Source: Euglena gracilis (lineage: Eukaryota). Taken from it: a stretch of 64,000 nt of DNA. This document shows positions 25,456 to 62,916 of this stretch, piece after piece (positions within the stretch are counted from its first letter, which is position 1; the number at the start of each line of letters is the position of its first letter). The notes beneath the pieces were generated by a model. That model was not told the origin of the DNA and made no database searches. It saw only the letters and a program-made list of their open reading frames with translations. The stretch is taken from assembly GCA_039621445.1 (NCBI GenBank), contig CP154954.1, positions 18,958,642 to 19,022,641 of the forward strand. Reading direction: 5' to 3'. The position numbers and the translations under genes are program-made.

Positions 25456-27278
25456 ACGCTCTTGGATAGAAATGGCCTGTCTAAAACGGCCCAAAAACAA
25501 AAAGGCAAAATTAACTGATTTATGAAGCTCTGCACTCATAGCATCCCGTATGAGCAAACCCACAAAGCCTTTCCACCACCAGCAATTTGGTTTTAGGCGG
25601 ATAACCGCCTAACCGGACCCACATTAATTTAAAAAAAAACATTGAGGAGTTTGCATGGGGTTGGGTGGGGACCAAGAGACGACGTGGGCGGTTATCCGCT
25701 TGAAAAAAAATACAGAGTACCGCCCAGAGGCCAACAGCTGACTTGCCACGCTTGAGCACTGAGGCTTGGCCTCCTTTTATGTGTTTGGATGGAGACGGGG
25801 TTTGCAGAGACACCTTTAAGGGAGAGGGGGGCATACCAGCTGTGAGGTCAGAGAGGTCAGGCGGGAAACCGCCTGGACGCGTTTGGGTGGGCTGAAAAAG
25901 CAAACGGGATTGTGGACGATTGGGGGAGGGGAGTGGATGATGGGAACCTCCCTTGAATGCCATCTGCTGGTTTGTTTGCAAAGTTCTGAAACTCTTCCTT
26001 CACTACTTGTGACAGCAGTCGCAGTCGAATCTTTGCGGAGGGCATAGATGACAGATGTTGTTGCCAGGCTGCCAGGCAGTTTGCACGGACTGGTGTCTGG
26101 CGTGTTTTGGCGGGTTCGAGGACCAATTGCATTGGGTCAAACGTCGACCCAGCGTTGGTTGAGAACGAGGGTCCGGCAGCATCGCGACACAACCGGAGCT
26201 ATGGAGGCCAGGTGTTCTCCCATTGTTTTGTGTTGTGTAAACTTCAAGGCGTTCCAGGGGGTGTTTCCCAACCCCCCTTCCCCAAAACAGCCACATATTT
26301 TCAAAATCGGCACTTTGCCAAATGCCCAAATAGACCTAAAACGACCCAAATTTTTCCACCCACATCACCTCCTAAAAGTTTCAACCCCAAACAGGTGGGG
26401 TCGGCTAAGCGAAAACCCTCGCGCCTCAAACACACAGAAATTGGAAAAAAAAATTGGGCAACTCACGCCGCCTGAGGCAAACGGCGTCCACAGCCTTACC
26501 GAACAAGAACAGGAACGGCTGGGAGGAAGGTTAAAACAACAAATACAGGCTTGCTCTTCACGGCCCTGTTTCGTTGGGTTGCCGGGCAAATCCCTCGATG
26601 GGCCAAGGCGACAAGGAACGCGGTCCTCAATGCGGCTGACATGGGAAACCTGCCGTGGTGGATCAGGCACCCCGGTAGGAAGTCTGGGTGACATTGGCCG
26701 GGAGTCCTGCCACAGCAGGCCTTCTGCCCCTCCCCTCCAGCATGGCATTACCTACCCCTCCCCATCCCCACCCCTGGGAAACTGTCACCCGATGGGTCAG
26801 TCGGTACCAAGGACCCTGACAGTTTCCCAGGCGGGACCCTGGCAGTTTCCCAGAAAGGGCATTTCAAGTGGAAAATCGATTGAAAATGCCCCGTGACAGA
26901 TTGGCCAGTACCGGGGATGCTGACAACTTCTTATTTGACAAGTGGGCTGGTGACGGGGACCCTGACCAGGCTTTTGCTTAAGGACTGGGGAGGGGGGTCC
27001 ATTGGTTAGCCATTTTGCTAGTCACTTGACAAGGCCACTAGCTAGACCCCCCTTCCCCAGGAGGGGGTCTGGGGGAGCCCCCTGGTAGGGAAAAAATTTC
27101 CTCTGGCGCTGAGCGCCGAGAAAATAAGTTTCCAAAATTTTTTCAAGAATAGCTGAAATGGGCATTTTGGGCAAGTTTTGGGGTCCAGAAAAAAATTTAG
27201 CGCTTCGCGCCGCTCACTGGATTTCCACTGGCTCGCCCTGCTGGCAGACCCCCCCAGGGGGGCCCACTAGGATTTCAA

Positions 27279-27684
27279 CTACCTCCTCCCCCCCTTGTCT
27301 AAGCACCGGAAAAGATGGGTAAGAACCGGAGGGGTGGTGCTTATTTTGCCAAAATGTGGGTAAGAACCAGGGGGGTGGTGCTTAGACAAGGGGGAAAAAT
27401 TTGACTGCAAAAAAAATCCGCGCTTCGCACCGAAAAGGAAAAATTCCCCCTATCTTGGAGGTCCACTGTTGAACTTACACACATTTGGACGCAGAAATCA
27501 ACAATACCTCACCAAATCAGGCCTCAGAAGTTGCAGAAATTTCGAAATTTTTGAGAAATTTCCCTGAAAAATGCACACAAAATAAACTCCCCATGACGAT
27601 GACCTTTAAAAAGATGGGTAAGAAAGAACCGGGGGGGGGTGCTTAGACAAGGGTGGTGCTTAGACAAGGGGGGGGGGGAGGTAG
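27279..27684. mobile_element. TIR miniature element
   Basis: ctacctcc-ccccccttgtctaagcacc ... ggtgcttagacaagggggggggaggtag, with subterminal repeats of gtgcttagacaaggg. Confidence 0.7.
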
Positions 27685-28119
27685 CCAAATTTGGACTGGC
27701 TGTAGTCGAGCCCTCCCCCCCCCCAAAGCGCACTTCGAGCCCTTAATTACTGTAAAAGCCTGACCATGACAGGTTCTCGGGTATCAAAATTTCCCGGGGG
27801 GGGGTAGGCAATTCAAACAGACCAAACAAGGAAGCAAAGCTACTTTGGGCCCTTTGTTTACAGCTGGAGCGGCAGCCTGGAGGCGAAGACAGCAAAGAGG
27901 AGGGCCAATTTTCGGCCAAAGCGACCGAAGAGGAAAGCAGCCTTCCCCATGCGTGTCAACCCCAGAAGGTGTTTGCGGGCCAACAGAAGTTGTCCATCAG
28001 AGACACTCAGAGAGGGGCAGATGAAGAAATGAAGGTGATGCATTAAGTAGCCCCAAAAAGAGAAATCGAAACATAAATTTTATTTCCTGCACATGAAGCC
28101 AGGACCTGGATATTAACAT

Positions 28120-28156
28120 TTAGGGTTAGGGCTTGGGTTAAGGTTAGGGTTTGGGC
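28120..28156 (+). repeat. Degenerate interstitial (TTAGGG)n telomere-like tract
   Basis: ttagggttagggcttgggttaaggttagggtttggg. Confidence 0.55.
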
Positions 28157-29240
28157 TGGAGATTAATATTTAAGGGGTTAGTATTGGGGGAGGGGCAACG
28201 CCATTTCTCTACTCCCTTGCCTAAGCCCCAAAATTAAGCAAAACCCCGGAACCACTTGAAACACCCAGCCTTGGAAAGTCTGGCCCCAACACCAACAACA
28301 TCTGGGCTCACCCACGTCTGGGCTAACCCCACGAGAAAAAGTGGCAACTTTTAAATGAGCGAAATCAGGAGACAAAAAATATGACACGGCCTGGCGAAAA
28401 AAGATACCTCTCCACCGAAATAGAGCAAGGTTTCAAAGAGTCAACAACCTGGAAAGGACAATTTCTTCGATGAGGTAATGCGGAAAGGAGCTTTGCACAT
28501 TTGCAGATGCAACAGCTGAACGTACAAAAAATCCTGCACCAAAGTCAGCAGGGAGATTAAAGGGAGAACAAGGAGGGAATGAAATGTAAAAAAAAAACGC
28601 AGAGCTCCAGGTGCCCAATATATGAGTGGCTGGAATTCTTAGATCCATGATAAGAAACCACATGCACAAAATGACATCGCTGACTCCCTTCACGTATTCC
28701 GCCGAACCGCCGATACAGAAAAACACACCAAACCCCCACAAACACATCACACCCATCCACAGCACCATACAGCACCAGATACGGTGACATTGCCTCCCCC
28801 CAATAATTTCGCCCTCTACAAATTTTGTAGACCGATGTTTTTTGGCCATTTATTTTTTATTTGGGCAATACTCAAAACCATTGATAGACCGATTGACTTT
28901 TCCTAAAGGCTGTTTTTTATTATTGAAAAAATCATTTTCGTGAATGGCTATTTTCATTGATAATGCTGATGTGATTTAATGCATACAACAGAACATTATA
29001 GCACTTTGGATGATTTTTGCGCTTACAACCTCCTGATTGTCCAAAAAGATGCATCAGTCTGTCAAGCTTTTTGTTGTGAAGGGCAAAGAGCAAAATTGTT
29101 TGGGCAGACCTTTTTCCGTCCTCCCCCTGACAAAGTTATCTGGGCACGCAAAGCTTCAGCACAGTGCAAAGTTATTGGGGGAAGGGGGTTAACTGCACCC
29201 ACGCCGAGCGACGGCGGGGCCGCTGCGCCTTTCGGTCCAC

Positions 29241-54015
<24,775 letters not shown>

Positions 54016-55678
54016 GTGGCAGAGATGAGTGACACTTCCAGTATTAATCGGTTGAGCAACATCTTATAACAAATATTGAACTGCACAATAAACTTAACAA
54101 AACTCAAAAAAAAATTTTGTCTGGAGTGCGTCAGCCATTGCGTTCCTCGAAAGATAAAAGTAAACGTGTTCCATGCCAGGTTTGGAGTAGACGTTTTGGG
54201 GGGGGTTAGGGACCCACATTTGGGGGGGGGGGGTCAATTTTTGGTGAAATATTTTGGGTGCTTCGTGCCGAAAATAGAGACCTCTCCCCTTCAGAGGGTG
54301 CCCACTTGGCCCGACCTACTGGGTGGGAATACCCACCCAGTAACCCCACGTGGGTGATCAAAATTTTTTATTTCTATTCTCTTTGGCTGAACGACCCATT
54401 GCATTTTAAAGCCACTAGTATGGGTCAAGGGATGAAGCCACTGCCAACGAACAATAGAGAAATTGCGGATTGCAGTATGCATTTCCCCCCCTTGCATTCT
54501 CAGGGCCCTGCCAAGGTACAAGGGTCAGAACAAAGGTAAATGAGATTCGGAACTCCATTGAAAGAGACTGATGGGAGGAAATAAAAGATGGTGGGAAATT
54601 CAAAAATACTTGGACACATAACAATTTGAGTATAAACCGATCAAAATAAGAATGTTACTAGCTCGAGTGAGCACTTTGAGGGGGCCCAGGTCCCATATTT
54701 GGGGTCATCTATGCGTGTGTCTGCGTGCGTTTGCATGACAGGAATGGCCCATCCCACATTAATGTCCGCCCTCCTACAGGGTATCACTGCGGACTACCTC
54801 AGAAGGCACAGTCACATGGTGAGGTCGTGGCCCAGCACGATGCTTGGTGGAAGACCGGCACATGGTGTTTGGCATTATTATTCAACCGAATGATGAAACT
54901 TTGGGGGTGGTGCGGGTCACGGGGGGGTCACGGGGGGGGGGGGGGTTACGGGGGGGTTAGGGGGGAAATATGCCACTTTGGAGGTAGTCGGGGGGTAGCA
55001 TCCATCATGTTGCATCCCATCACGAGAAGGGCGGCACGCATCCAAAAAATCGGTGATTCTCAGGCCCAAAAAGTGGTCATTTTGAATCAGTTTTGGGCAA
55101 TTTTTGAACACAAAAAAAAACGCTTTTTTGGACCGAAAATGGTCATTTTGGGGTAATTTTTTATGTCTGAAATTGGTCATTTTTTTCATTTTTGAAAGGG
55201 AATTTTGTTAGGATTTTCTTGACCATCACATTTTTTGGGATTCATTTTGGGCCATTTTTTGACAAATTCTGTTTTGGGTATGGAAAAGCACCAATTTTTG
55301 GCACTTTTTTTAGGGGACAAGATTTTTGGCCATTTTTGGTGTGAAGGTGCGTTGGGCGTTGGGTGCCAAAAAGGGGTTTGGTTGTCCAAATGGAAGGTGG
55401 GGTGAGGACAATTCTTTTCTGTTTTTTGGGGGGTGATCTTCCACACAAATCTCATGTCCCCTCCCCCCTTCTTGCCATGAAATTCTTTCCTACTTGCACA
55501 ATATCCTCTTTTGCCAATGGACATATTTTGGGCCAAATTGACACAAATAAAAAAAATTAAATTCCTACACCAAAAAAGCGCCCTTGTTTGGGTCGAAAAT
55601 TTTTTCACCTCAAATCTTGGCATTTCCTTCCATTTTTTGACCATGTGAAAGCAAATTTTCGCTGGTTTCTGATACGAA

Positions 55679-55797
55679 AATTGTGTCCAGAACGCCGGTT
55701 CGGGCGTGAAGCCGTGTTCCAGAACGAACGGGCGGCAGCCCGAACCGGCGTTCTGGAACACGGCTTCACGCCCGAACCGGCGTTCTGGACACAGTTG
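55679..55797. repeat. Near-perfect palindrome (gccggttcgggcgtgaa family); relative at about 60589-60728
   Basis: tgtgtccagaacgccggttcgggcgtgaagccgtgttccagaacg / cgttctggaacacggcttcacgcccgaaccggcgttctggacaca. Both copies are followed by tgaaaccgtg. Confidence 0.8.
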
Positions 55798-55883
55798 TTG
55801 AAACCGTGTATTAGGGGCTCTGGCTTCCCGCCCGTTCATGGACGCATGGTCATTTGTGACTCCTCTATGCAGATTTCTTCTAA

Positions 55884-57426
55884 ATGAACGCCGGTCAGGT
55901 TGCTACCGTTTGCACCAGTGCACTGCCCCAACCCCCCACACCAGCTGAATTCTTTGCTGGCCTTGAGGCTGCCGACGCACCTCGGAAAACAGCAGAAGGC
56001 CATAAAAATTTTTTTTGGGGATACGTTTGTCGACAGTTGCCCCACTGGTGGATTGGCAAAAAACAAAATAGTGGCTCTTGCAGTTGCGCGGGATTTCCAA
56101 AAGGTTTGCGAACTACGTGGGGCAACGTTTGACTTTCTGGATGACTGGCTGGTGGCATTTGCCTTCTGGACGGTAAAAGTCACGTGCCTTTTTGATCACG
56201 GTGACGAGAAGCAACAGGCAGCCGCCGTCCAGCGAAACAAAAACCAAAACAAAAAGCGTAACAGTGCAATCAACAGAATGCCAAGCAACCGCTCCGGGAG
56301 CAGCTTATGCTGCCCCGTGACAACCCCAAAATTTGTGGGGTGGAGACATGGCAGCGGCAACTGGCACTGCTGCCAGATGCCGCTAATCCCTCCTTACCAT
56401 TCTGGTGCTCCTGCAAAATTATCTGCAAAATTCCGGTCCCGTCAAGGCATAGTGGGCCGGCCTGTTTTTTTTGACGTTGTTTTGTTTTGTTTTTTTAATT
56501 TTAACAATGTTTTTTTTAAAAAAAACAAAAAAACGCCCACTAGGTTTTGCATGGAAAATTTTTTGAATGAACATTTTCAATCATTTTTGGCAATTTCTGG
56601 GTAATTTCTGCCAAAAACTTCCTTCCACAAAAATGAAAAAAAAGGCATAAAATTCCATTTTTGTTGCATTTTGGATGTTTTTGACCATTTTTGGCAGTTT
56701 TTGAACTGAGTAGGATTCAAAATATGGTTTGGGTGTTTCATAACGAGTTTTTTCAATGAAATTTTCCTTTTGTTTTTTTTTTGATGTTTTTTTTTACTGT
56801 TTTTTTTAAAAAAAACAAAAAAATGCCCACTATGCGTCAAGGCAACTTATGCAACGTTTCCTGGGGCAGCCAATTGGGCGCGGGACGTGCTTGACCGGCC
56901 AAATTGTCTTCAAGGATCTGGCCCGCCGTCCGGTGGTGTCTGCTTTGGTGGACGAGTTGGGGTTGCATCGGGCGGCAAAGGCTGTGGGCATGTGCCCACG
57001 CAATACGGAAAAGTATTATCGTGCTCCCCAAGACGACATTTGTCGTCAGGCAGCGCAAGCTCTCCAAAACGTGTACATTTTTACATTTTAATTTTACCTC
57101 ACATACACGTATTCCTTTAGCAGAGGCGGCTGCCCACGGACATTCCCAGTTCTACCCGAACCTTATTGACGCCGAAGAAAGAAGAGCCACGGGTTGTGGA
57201 ACTGTTGGACAGTTCGGATGACGAGGTTTTGCAGATTCACCAGCTTGAAAATTCATTTTCCACTCACTCGAGGTCATTGTGGACGGCGGTGTTGCACCAC
57301 CTGTCACACTTCCTAAAGAGGATCCCCTGCCGGCTAAGCATCTCCAATGCTCCAGCGGTGAAGCCAGAGGAGGTAAAAATCCCGTTTGACGGCAGTTTTA
57401 CACTACTGTCTTCAGGAGCCGGCTGA
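55884..57426 (+). pseudogene. Decayed tyrosine-recombinase (Crypton-like) gene with unknown N-terminal domain, one GT-AG intron (57070-57120) and a MITE insertion
   Basis: After removing 56448-56842 one frame reads DNPKICGVETWQRQLALLP...PFW...IVFKDLARRPVVSALVDELGLHRAAKAVGMCPRNTEKYY, resembling YR CPV, HxxR and T..Y motifs. Splicing joins QALQN to QRRL...VVELLDSSDDE in frame. Confidence 0.6.
56448..56834. mobile_element. hAT-type MITE with perfect 8-bp TSD
   Basis: TIR catagtgggc / gcccactatg. TSD cgtcaagg at 56440-56447 and 56835-56842. AT-rich interior. Confidence 0.92.
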
Positions 57427-57613
57427 CCAGAGGCTGACAATCGACGATCTGTCGCATTACAGGCAACAATTAGCTAAAAATAAATTCGAATATAACGCCT
57501 TCGCGTTCTCTGAGCAGGGTCGTTTATAATTTGTCTCAATTTTCCCCCACCCCGCACCTCCCTGTTAAAATAAACTGTCCCTGTTTTCGCCCTTCCAACG
57601 CCGCAGTGCCAAA

Positions 57614-58566
57614 CGGTAGACTGGGGGGGGGGTAGTGGGTAGTCGGCCGACTAGTCGGCCGACCAATTGGGTAGTCGGCCGACTACCCACTCTAATGTAC
57701 TAACGGGTCAAAACCGCCGACTTTTAAGCCCCCCCCGGTAAATTTTTTTTGTCCAAATCACCTCAACACCAGTCAAAACCCACCCAAATGGCTCCAGAAC
57801 CCCCCAATCGGGGGTGAATATGCAAAAAAATTGGGGGAAAATGTCCATTTTGGGCCACTTTTGACAAAAGTACACCTCTCCCCATTTTCAATATAAGTCA
57901 AAATTTGCACAAAAAAAGGTCTTATCAAGCCAAGTCTATTGCCAACATAGAAGGGATTTTGTTATTTGAGTGGGGGGGCGGGGGGGGGGAGCCCCCCCCC
58001 CCCCCCGAATAGGCCAAAGTGAGCAACAAAAACGACTTAGCCCCCAGTATGTTGCCAACACAGAAGGGATTTTGTTATTTGAGGCTCGGATTGGGGTGGA
58101 GGGGGGAGTTTTCTGCCTCTCGTGATACAGAATGCTTGCATTCCTGAAGGATTTTCATGTAATCCCTGTTTCATCAGTGGTTTTTTACCCCTCCGGACCC
58201 CCATCAAGGGCCCACCGACCCCCCACGGACCAAAGATTTCCATCTGGGGGTGTTTATTTAGGCGTAAGACACCTATTTGGACCCATCCGGACCATTTCCG
58301 GGTGATTTGGGCCCGCCACAGACCATTTTTATGACCGCCGACTAGCCACCGACTAGTTTGCATTGGATTTTGTTCATGGGGGGGGCTTAAAAGTCGGCGG
58401 TTTTGACCCGTTAGTACATTAGAGTGGGTAGTCGGCCGACTAGTTGGCCGACTACGCACTACCCCCCCCCCCCCATGTCTCGCCGACCAGCTACCGACTA
58501 GGCCTAGTCGGCGGACCAATTGGGTAGTCGGCCGACTACCCACTACCCCCCCCCCCCAGTCTACCG
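57614..58566. mobile_element. Foldback/TIR element with long modular inverted arms
   Basis: cggtagactggggggg...gtagtcggccgactac...ctctaatgtactaacgggtcaaaaccgccgacttttaagcccc is inverted at 58378-58566. Confidence 0.82.
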
Positions 58567-58904
58567 CCTTGCGCCCAACGCCGCCAACTGCGGCGTTGCC
58601 CGTCGACTTGTCCAACGCTCCGAACCCCTTCCGCCCCCAGCCGGGATTTTTGGGCTTCGGCGCTTTGGCGCCAAAAGAAATGGCCACTTCAAGGGGGGTA
58701 AACCAAAGTTGCCAAAAATTATCCACACCGAGGGGGGGACACTTTGAGGGGGGGGGTGAGGGTGCCCACAACGTTGCACATAGCCGGAGAGAGATATGCT
58801 CGCGATCGTCGGATGAGACAAGAACAGAGTCGAAATTCGTGGTCATTTCTGGCACTGCTTTATTTGAGAAACACATTGAACAATACAATAAATATTCTTT
58901 TTCT

Positions 58905-59150
58905 TCTGGCCAGTTTTGGGCCAAAGGTGCTGGCCAGTTTTGGGCCAGATGTGATGGACACTTTTGCAAATGGAGAATGCCACGGGGGTTGGCCAGCTCT
59001 GGGCCACAGGTGGTGGTCAATTTTGTGCCACCTGTGGTGGCCATTTTGGGCCAGAGATGGTGGCCACTTTTGCACCACAGGTGGTGGCCACTTTTGGGCT
59101 AGAGACGGTGGCCAGTTTGGGGCCAGAGATGGTGGCAAGTTTTTGGGCAT
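58905..59150. repeat. Degenerate ~25-bp tandem repeat (tggtggccagttttgggccaga); relative at 63540-63622
   Basis: Direct reading. Confidence 0.8.
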
Positions 59151-59659
59151 AGAAAGGGAGGGCAACCATTTAGGGACAGTGTAGTTTCTATCGAGTCAGC
59201 AGACGCTTGCTTGCTTGTTGCCATCGACTGAGAAACGCGGGGTCCATGAATGACGGGGCAGCATTAATGAATGCTCTACTGGTCTCCCCGTAACATTTTG
59301 GACAAAACCGATGTAAATAATTCCCTGGGTTTCTGACTGACAAGGATAAATGTCTGTTTTTTACGATTGAGAAATGTCCTCCTTTTTGACGACTGGAATG
59401 TTGTAATGCGTAATTATACTGTCGGTAATAAACACAGAATGCAAAATACCATTACTCCCCCTTTAACGACCCCCCCCCCTAAATGACCCTCCGGGGTGGG
59501 GGCCCAGCCAATGGAAATTTTTTCAAGAAAAAAGTCTTCAAAAACCACCGATCTTTTTGAAATTTTTATAAAAGGGAGTTTTCCTTCTGGTAGAAATGGT
59601 GCCAGAGAACACAAATTTCACAAAAAAAAGTTCCGAAAAAATGGGGGTAGGGAGGTATC

Positions 59660-59820
59660 CAAGGGGGCGGACGGACGGACGGACGAACGGCTGGTGAAAA
59701 AAGCGAAGGTCCGGACGGACGGTTGACCTTGTGGGCTTGGTCCAGACGGCTGAAGAAAATGCACTTGGTCCAGCTAGCCGGCTGGCCGGCTGGCCGGCTG
59801 GCCGGCTAGCCGGCCGGGTC
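59660..59820. repeat. Dispersed repeat (ggacggacgg...ctggtgaaaaaagcgaaggtccgg...ctagccggc); near-identical copy at 62563-62700, diverged copy at 60225-60375
   Basis: Direct alignment by eye. Confidence 0.85.
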
Positions 59821-60072
59821 TTTGGAACCGCAGGCGTAAACCACAATCGCGTAGATCGCCAACCGGAAGTAACGGTCCAGATCTGGGTTCCACACAACAT
59901 GTCAGATCTACAGTACGATGTCCGCTGAGCCGCCCCGTACTGCAAGGTTCGTATCAGAGGTGATGCACGGGCCTATTTCTGTGGTATTTATCATTCAACC
60001 TCAAGATGATTATTTCCAAGTGGCTACAGTGACCTCCTTGTGTACTCAACTCATCCTCCGAGAATGATATCA

Positions 60073-60144
60073 CCCCCCGTGGTATAGCGGTCGTGTGGTT
60101 AGCGTGTGACCGGTAGATCGCGGATTCGAATCCCGCCGGGGGGC
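60073..60144 (+). tRNA. tRNA-like sequence (pseudogene or SINE head)
   Basis: 72 nt. Acceptor ccccccg/cgggggg, A-box tggtatagcgg, T-arm gcgga-ttcgaat-cccgc. The anticodon stem is weak. Confidence 0.5.
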
Positions 60145-61164
60145 AGCTTCGTGTTTTTCCTGATTTGACGCGACGAGTAGAGGGAAGCTGTGACTGCTTT
60201 TCGGAAAGGAAGGAATTTTTTTTTTGGTCCGGCCGGCTGGCAAGACAGACATTGGTCCGGCTTGACGGACGGCTGGCGAAAAAATGCTTCGTCCGGACGG
60301 ACGGCTGGGCGTCCAGCATTGGTCCAGCTGAAGAGGTCCGGACGGCTCGGACGGCTAGCCGGCCAGCCGCCCCCAAGCCCCTTTTTTCGACCCCCCCCCC
60401 TTAGTGACCCCCCCCCCTAAGTGACCCTTCGGGGGGGGTCCTGGCCGAGACAAGATGGGGGTCATTTGGGGGGGGTAATTGTAATTCCCGTTCCTTTCCG
60501 AGTGTCCATTGTTTGACATATCGCATGATGGCTGAGAAGTGAAAACTTTGGACGGGTTCAAGTTACAAGAGCTGTTATCTATATCGAGAATTGTGTCCCA
60601 AACGCCAGTTCGGATGTGAAACCTGTGCCTGGGACGTCGGTTCCGGGGTTACCGCCCGGTAGCCCGGTAGCCCGAACCGGCGTCCCAGGCACATGTTTCA
60701 CGCCCGAACCGGCGTCTGGGACACAGTTTTTGAAACCGTGGCTAGTGGGCTCCGGTTTCATGCCCGAACCGGCGGCTGAGGAATCACGGCCAATTTCGCC
60801 CAAAATACCCATGTTTGGGGCAGTTTTGGGCTACTTTGGCCCAAATGGGCCGCCGGTCAAAAATGGCAGATTACACACTTATGAAGCCATGTTACCCATT
60901 AATCGAAAGCTCTTCTCAAGGGCTTTCGACAGATGGCCATAGGATTCGGCGGCTCCCGGACCTGGCCTGGGGGGGGGGTAGTGGGCCGACCCTAGGGTCG
61001 GCCCAATACGACCCCAGGGTCGCTAGGGTCGCTAAAGTCGTTAAGGTCGACCCCCCCCCACAGGATGTGGAGTCTAGGGTCGGCCCACCCCACGACCTCG
61101 CCCGCCCCAAAAAAAATGTGGAGAATTTTTTTTGCCCATTTGAACAGGAATTGAAGTTGGACTT

Positions 61165-62560
61165 GATGTCGTTTTGGGGGGCAAGTCCCTTGTGTTTTCA
61201 AACTGTTTTGGGGGGCAAATCCCTTGTGTTGTCCAACCGATCGAGGGCCCCAAAATAATAAAATCCCTTGTGTCTCCAAGTCGTTTTGGGGGGCAAGTCC
61301 CTTGTGTTTTCAAATCGTTTTGGGGGGCAAATCCCTTGTGTTGTCCAACTGATCGAGGGCCCGAAAATAGTAAAATCCCTTGTGTCTCCAAGTGCCTTGC
61401 GTTCAAGTTGTTTTGGGAGGCAAATCCCTTGTATTGTTCGACCGATCGAGGGCCCCAAAATAATAAAATCCCTTGTGTCTCCAAGTCGTTTTGGGGGGCA
61501 AGTCCCTTGTGTTTTCAAATCGTTTTGGGGGGCAAATCCCTTGTGTTGTCCAACTGATCGAGGGCCCCAAAATAATAAAATCCCTTGTGTCTCCAAGTCG
61601 TTTTGGGGGGCAAGTCCCTTGTGTTTCCAAGTTGTTTTGGGGGGCAAATCCCTTGTGTTGTTCAACCGATCGAGCTCCCCAAAATAATAAAATCCCTTGT
61701 GTCTCCAAGTCGTTTTGGGGGGCAAGTCCCTTGTGTTTTCAAATCGTTTTGTGGGGCAAATCCCTCGTGTTTCCAACTGATCGAGGGCCCCAAAATAATA
61801 AAATCCCTTGTGTCTCCAAGTCGTTTTGGGGGGCAAGTCCCTTGTGTCTTCAAATCGTTTTGGGGGGCAAATCCCTTGTGTTGTCCAACTGATCGAGGGC
61901 CCCAAAATAATAAAATCCCTTGTGTCTCCAAGTCGTTTTGGGGGGCAAGTCCCTTGTGTTTCCAAGTTGTTTTGGGGGGCAAATCCCTTGTGTTGTTCAA
62001 CCGATCGAGCTCCCCAAAATAATAAAATCCCTTGTGTCTCCAAGTCGTTTTGGGGGGCAAGTCCCTTGTGTTTTCAAATCGTTTTGTGGGGCAAATCCCT
62101 CGTGTTTCCAACTGATCGAGGGCCCCAAAATAATAAAATCCCTTGTGTCTCCAAGTCGTTTTGGGGGGCAAGTCCCTTGTGTTTTCAAATCGTTTTGGGG
62201 GGCAAATCCCTTGTGTTGTCCAACTGATCGAGGGCCCGAAAATAGTAAAATACCTTGTGTCTCCAAGTCGGTTTGGGGGGCAAGTCCCTGGTGTTTCCAA
62301 GTTGTTTTGGGGGGCAAATCCCTTGTGTTGTTCAACCGATCGAGCTCCCCAAAATAATAAAATCCCTTGTGTCTCCAAGTGCCTTGTGTTTTCAAGTCGT
62401 TTTGGGGGGCAAATCCCTTGTGTTGTCCAACTGATCGAGGGCCCCAAAATAATAAAATCCCTTGTGTCTCCAAGTGGTTTTGGGGGGCAAATCCCTTGTG
62501 TTTCCAAGTTGTTTTGGGGGGCAAATCCCTTGTGTTGTTCAACCGATCGAGGGCCCCAAA
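61165..62560. repeat. About 112-bp satellite (about 12 copies) made of three related subunits each containing (a/g)tcccttgtgt
   Basis: Unit caagtcgttttggggggcaagtcccttgtgttttcaaatcgttttggggggcaaatcccttgtgttgtccaactgatcgagggccccaaaataataaaatcccttgtgtctc. Confidence 0.95.
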
Positions 62561-62916
62561 GGAGGCGGACGGACGGACGGACGGACGGCTGGTGAAAAAA
62601 GCGAAGGTCCGGACGGACGGCTGACCTTGTGGGCTTGGTCCAGACGGCTGAAGAAAATGCACTTGGTCCAGCTAGCCGGCTAGCCGGCTGGCCGGCCCGA
62701 GTCCTTGTAAGCGCAGGCGTCTCAGTGCACGCGACTCTGGAGCTGGGGTGCTGCTAGCCTGGCCACATCTGGCTAGCCGCGGCCAGCCGCGGCTGGCTGG
62801 CAAAAAAAAGGAGGAGGTCTGGCCAGCCAAGATTTGGTGTTCTGTCCCGAAACTTTCTTCCGCTTCATTTTGTTGGACTAGTCCTTTTTTTCTTTTGATA
62901 TTGAGAAGTGTATCGT

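Noticed and set aside
26048-26896. 282-aa ORF
   Set aside because: No recognisable motifs and it runs through repeat-like sequence.
58037-59044. 335-aa minus-strand ORF
   Set aside because: Crosses tandem repeats and a foldback element; no domain motifs.
59200-59270. Candidate first exon/start codon of the cyclase (MLPRHSWTPRF…), also 54760-54860
   Set aside because: No junction or homology support linking it to the TM1 exon.
61165-62560. Long ORFs (up to 281 aa) or a CRISPR-like array
   Set aside because: ORFs are open in several frames on both strands because of the satellite, and there are no unique spacers.
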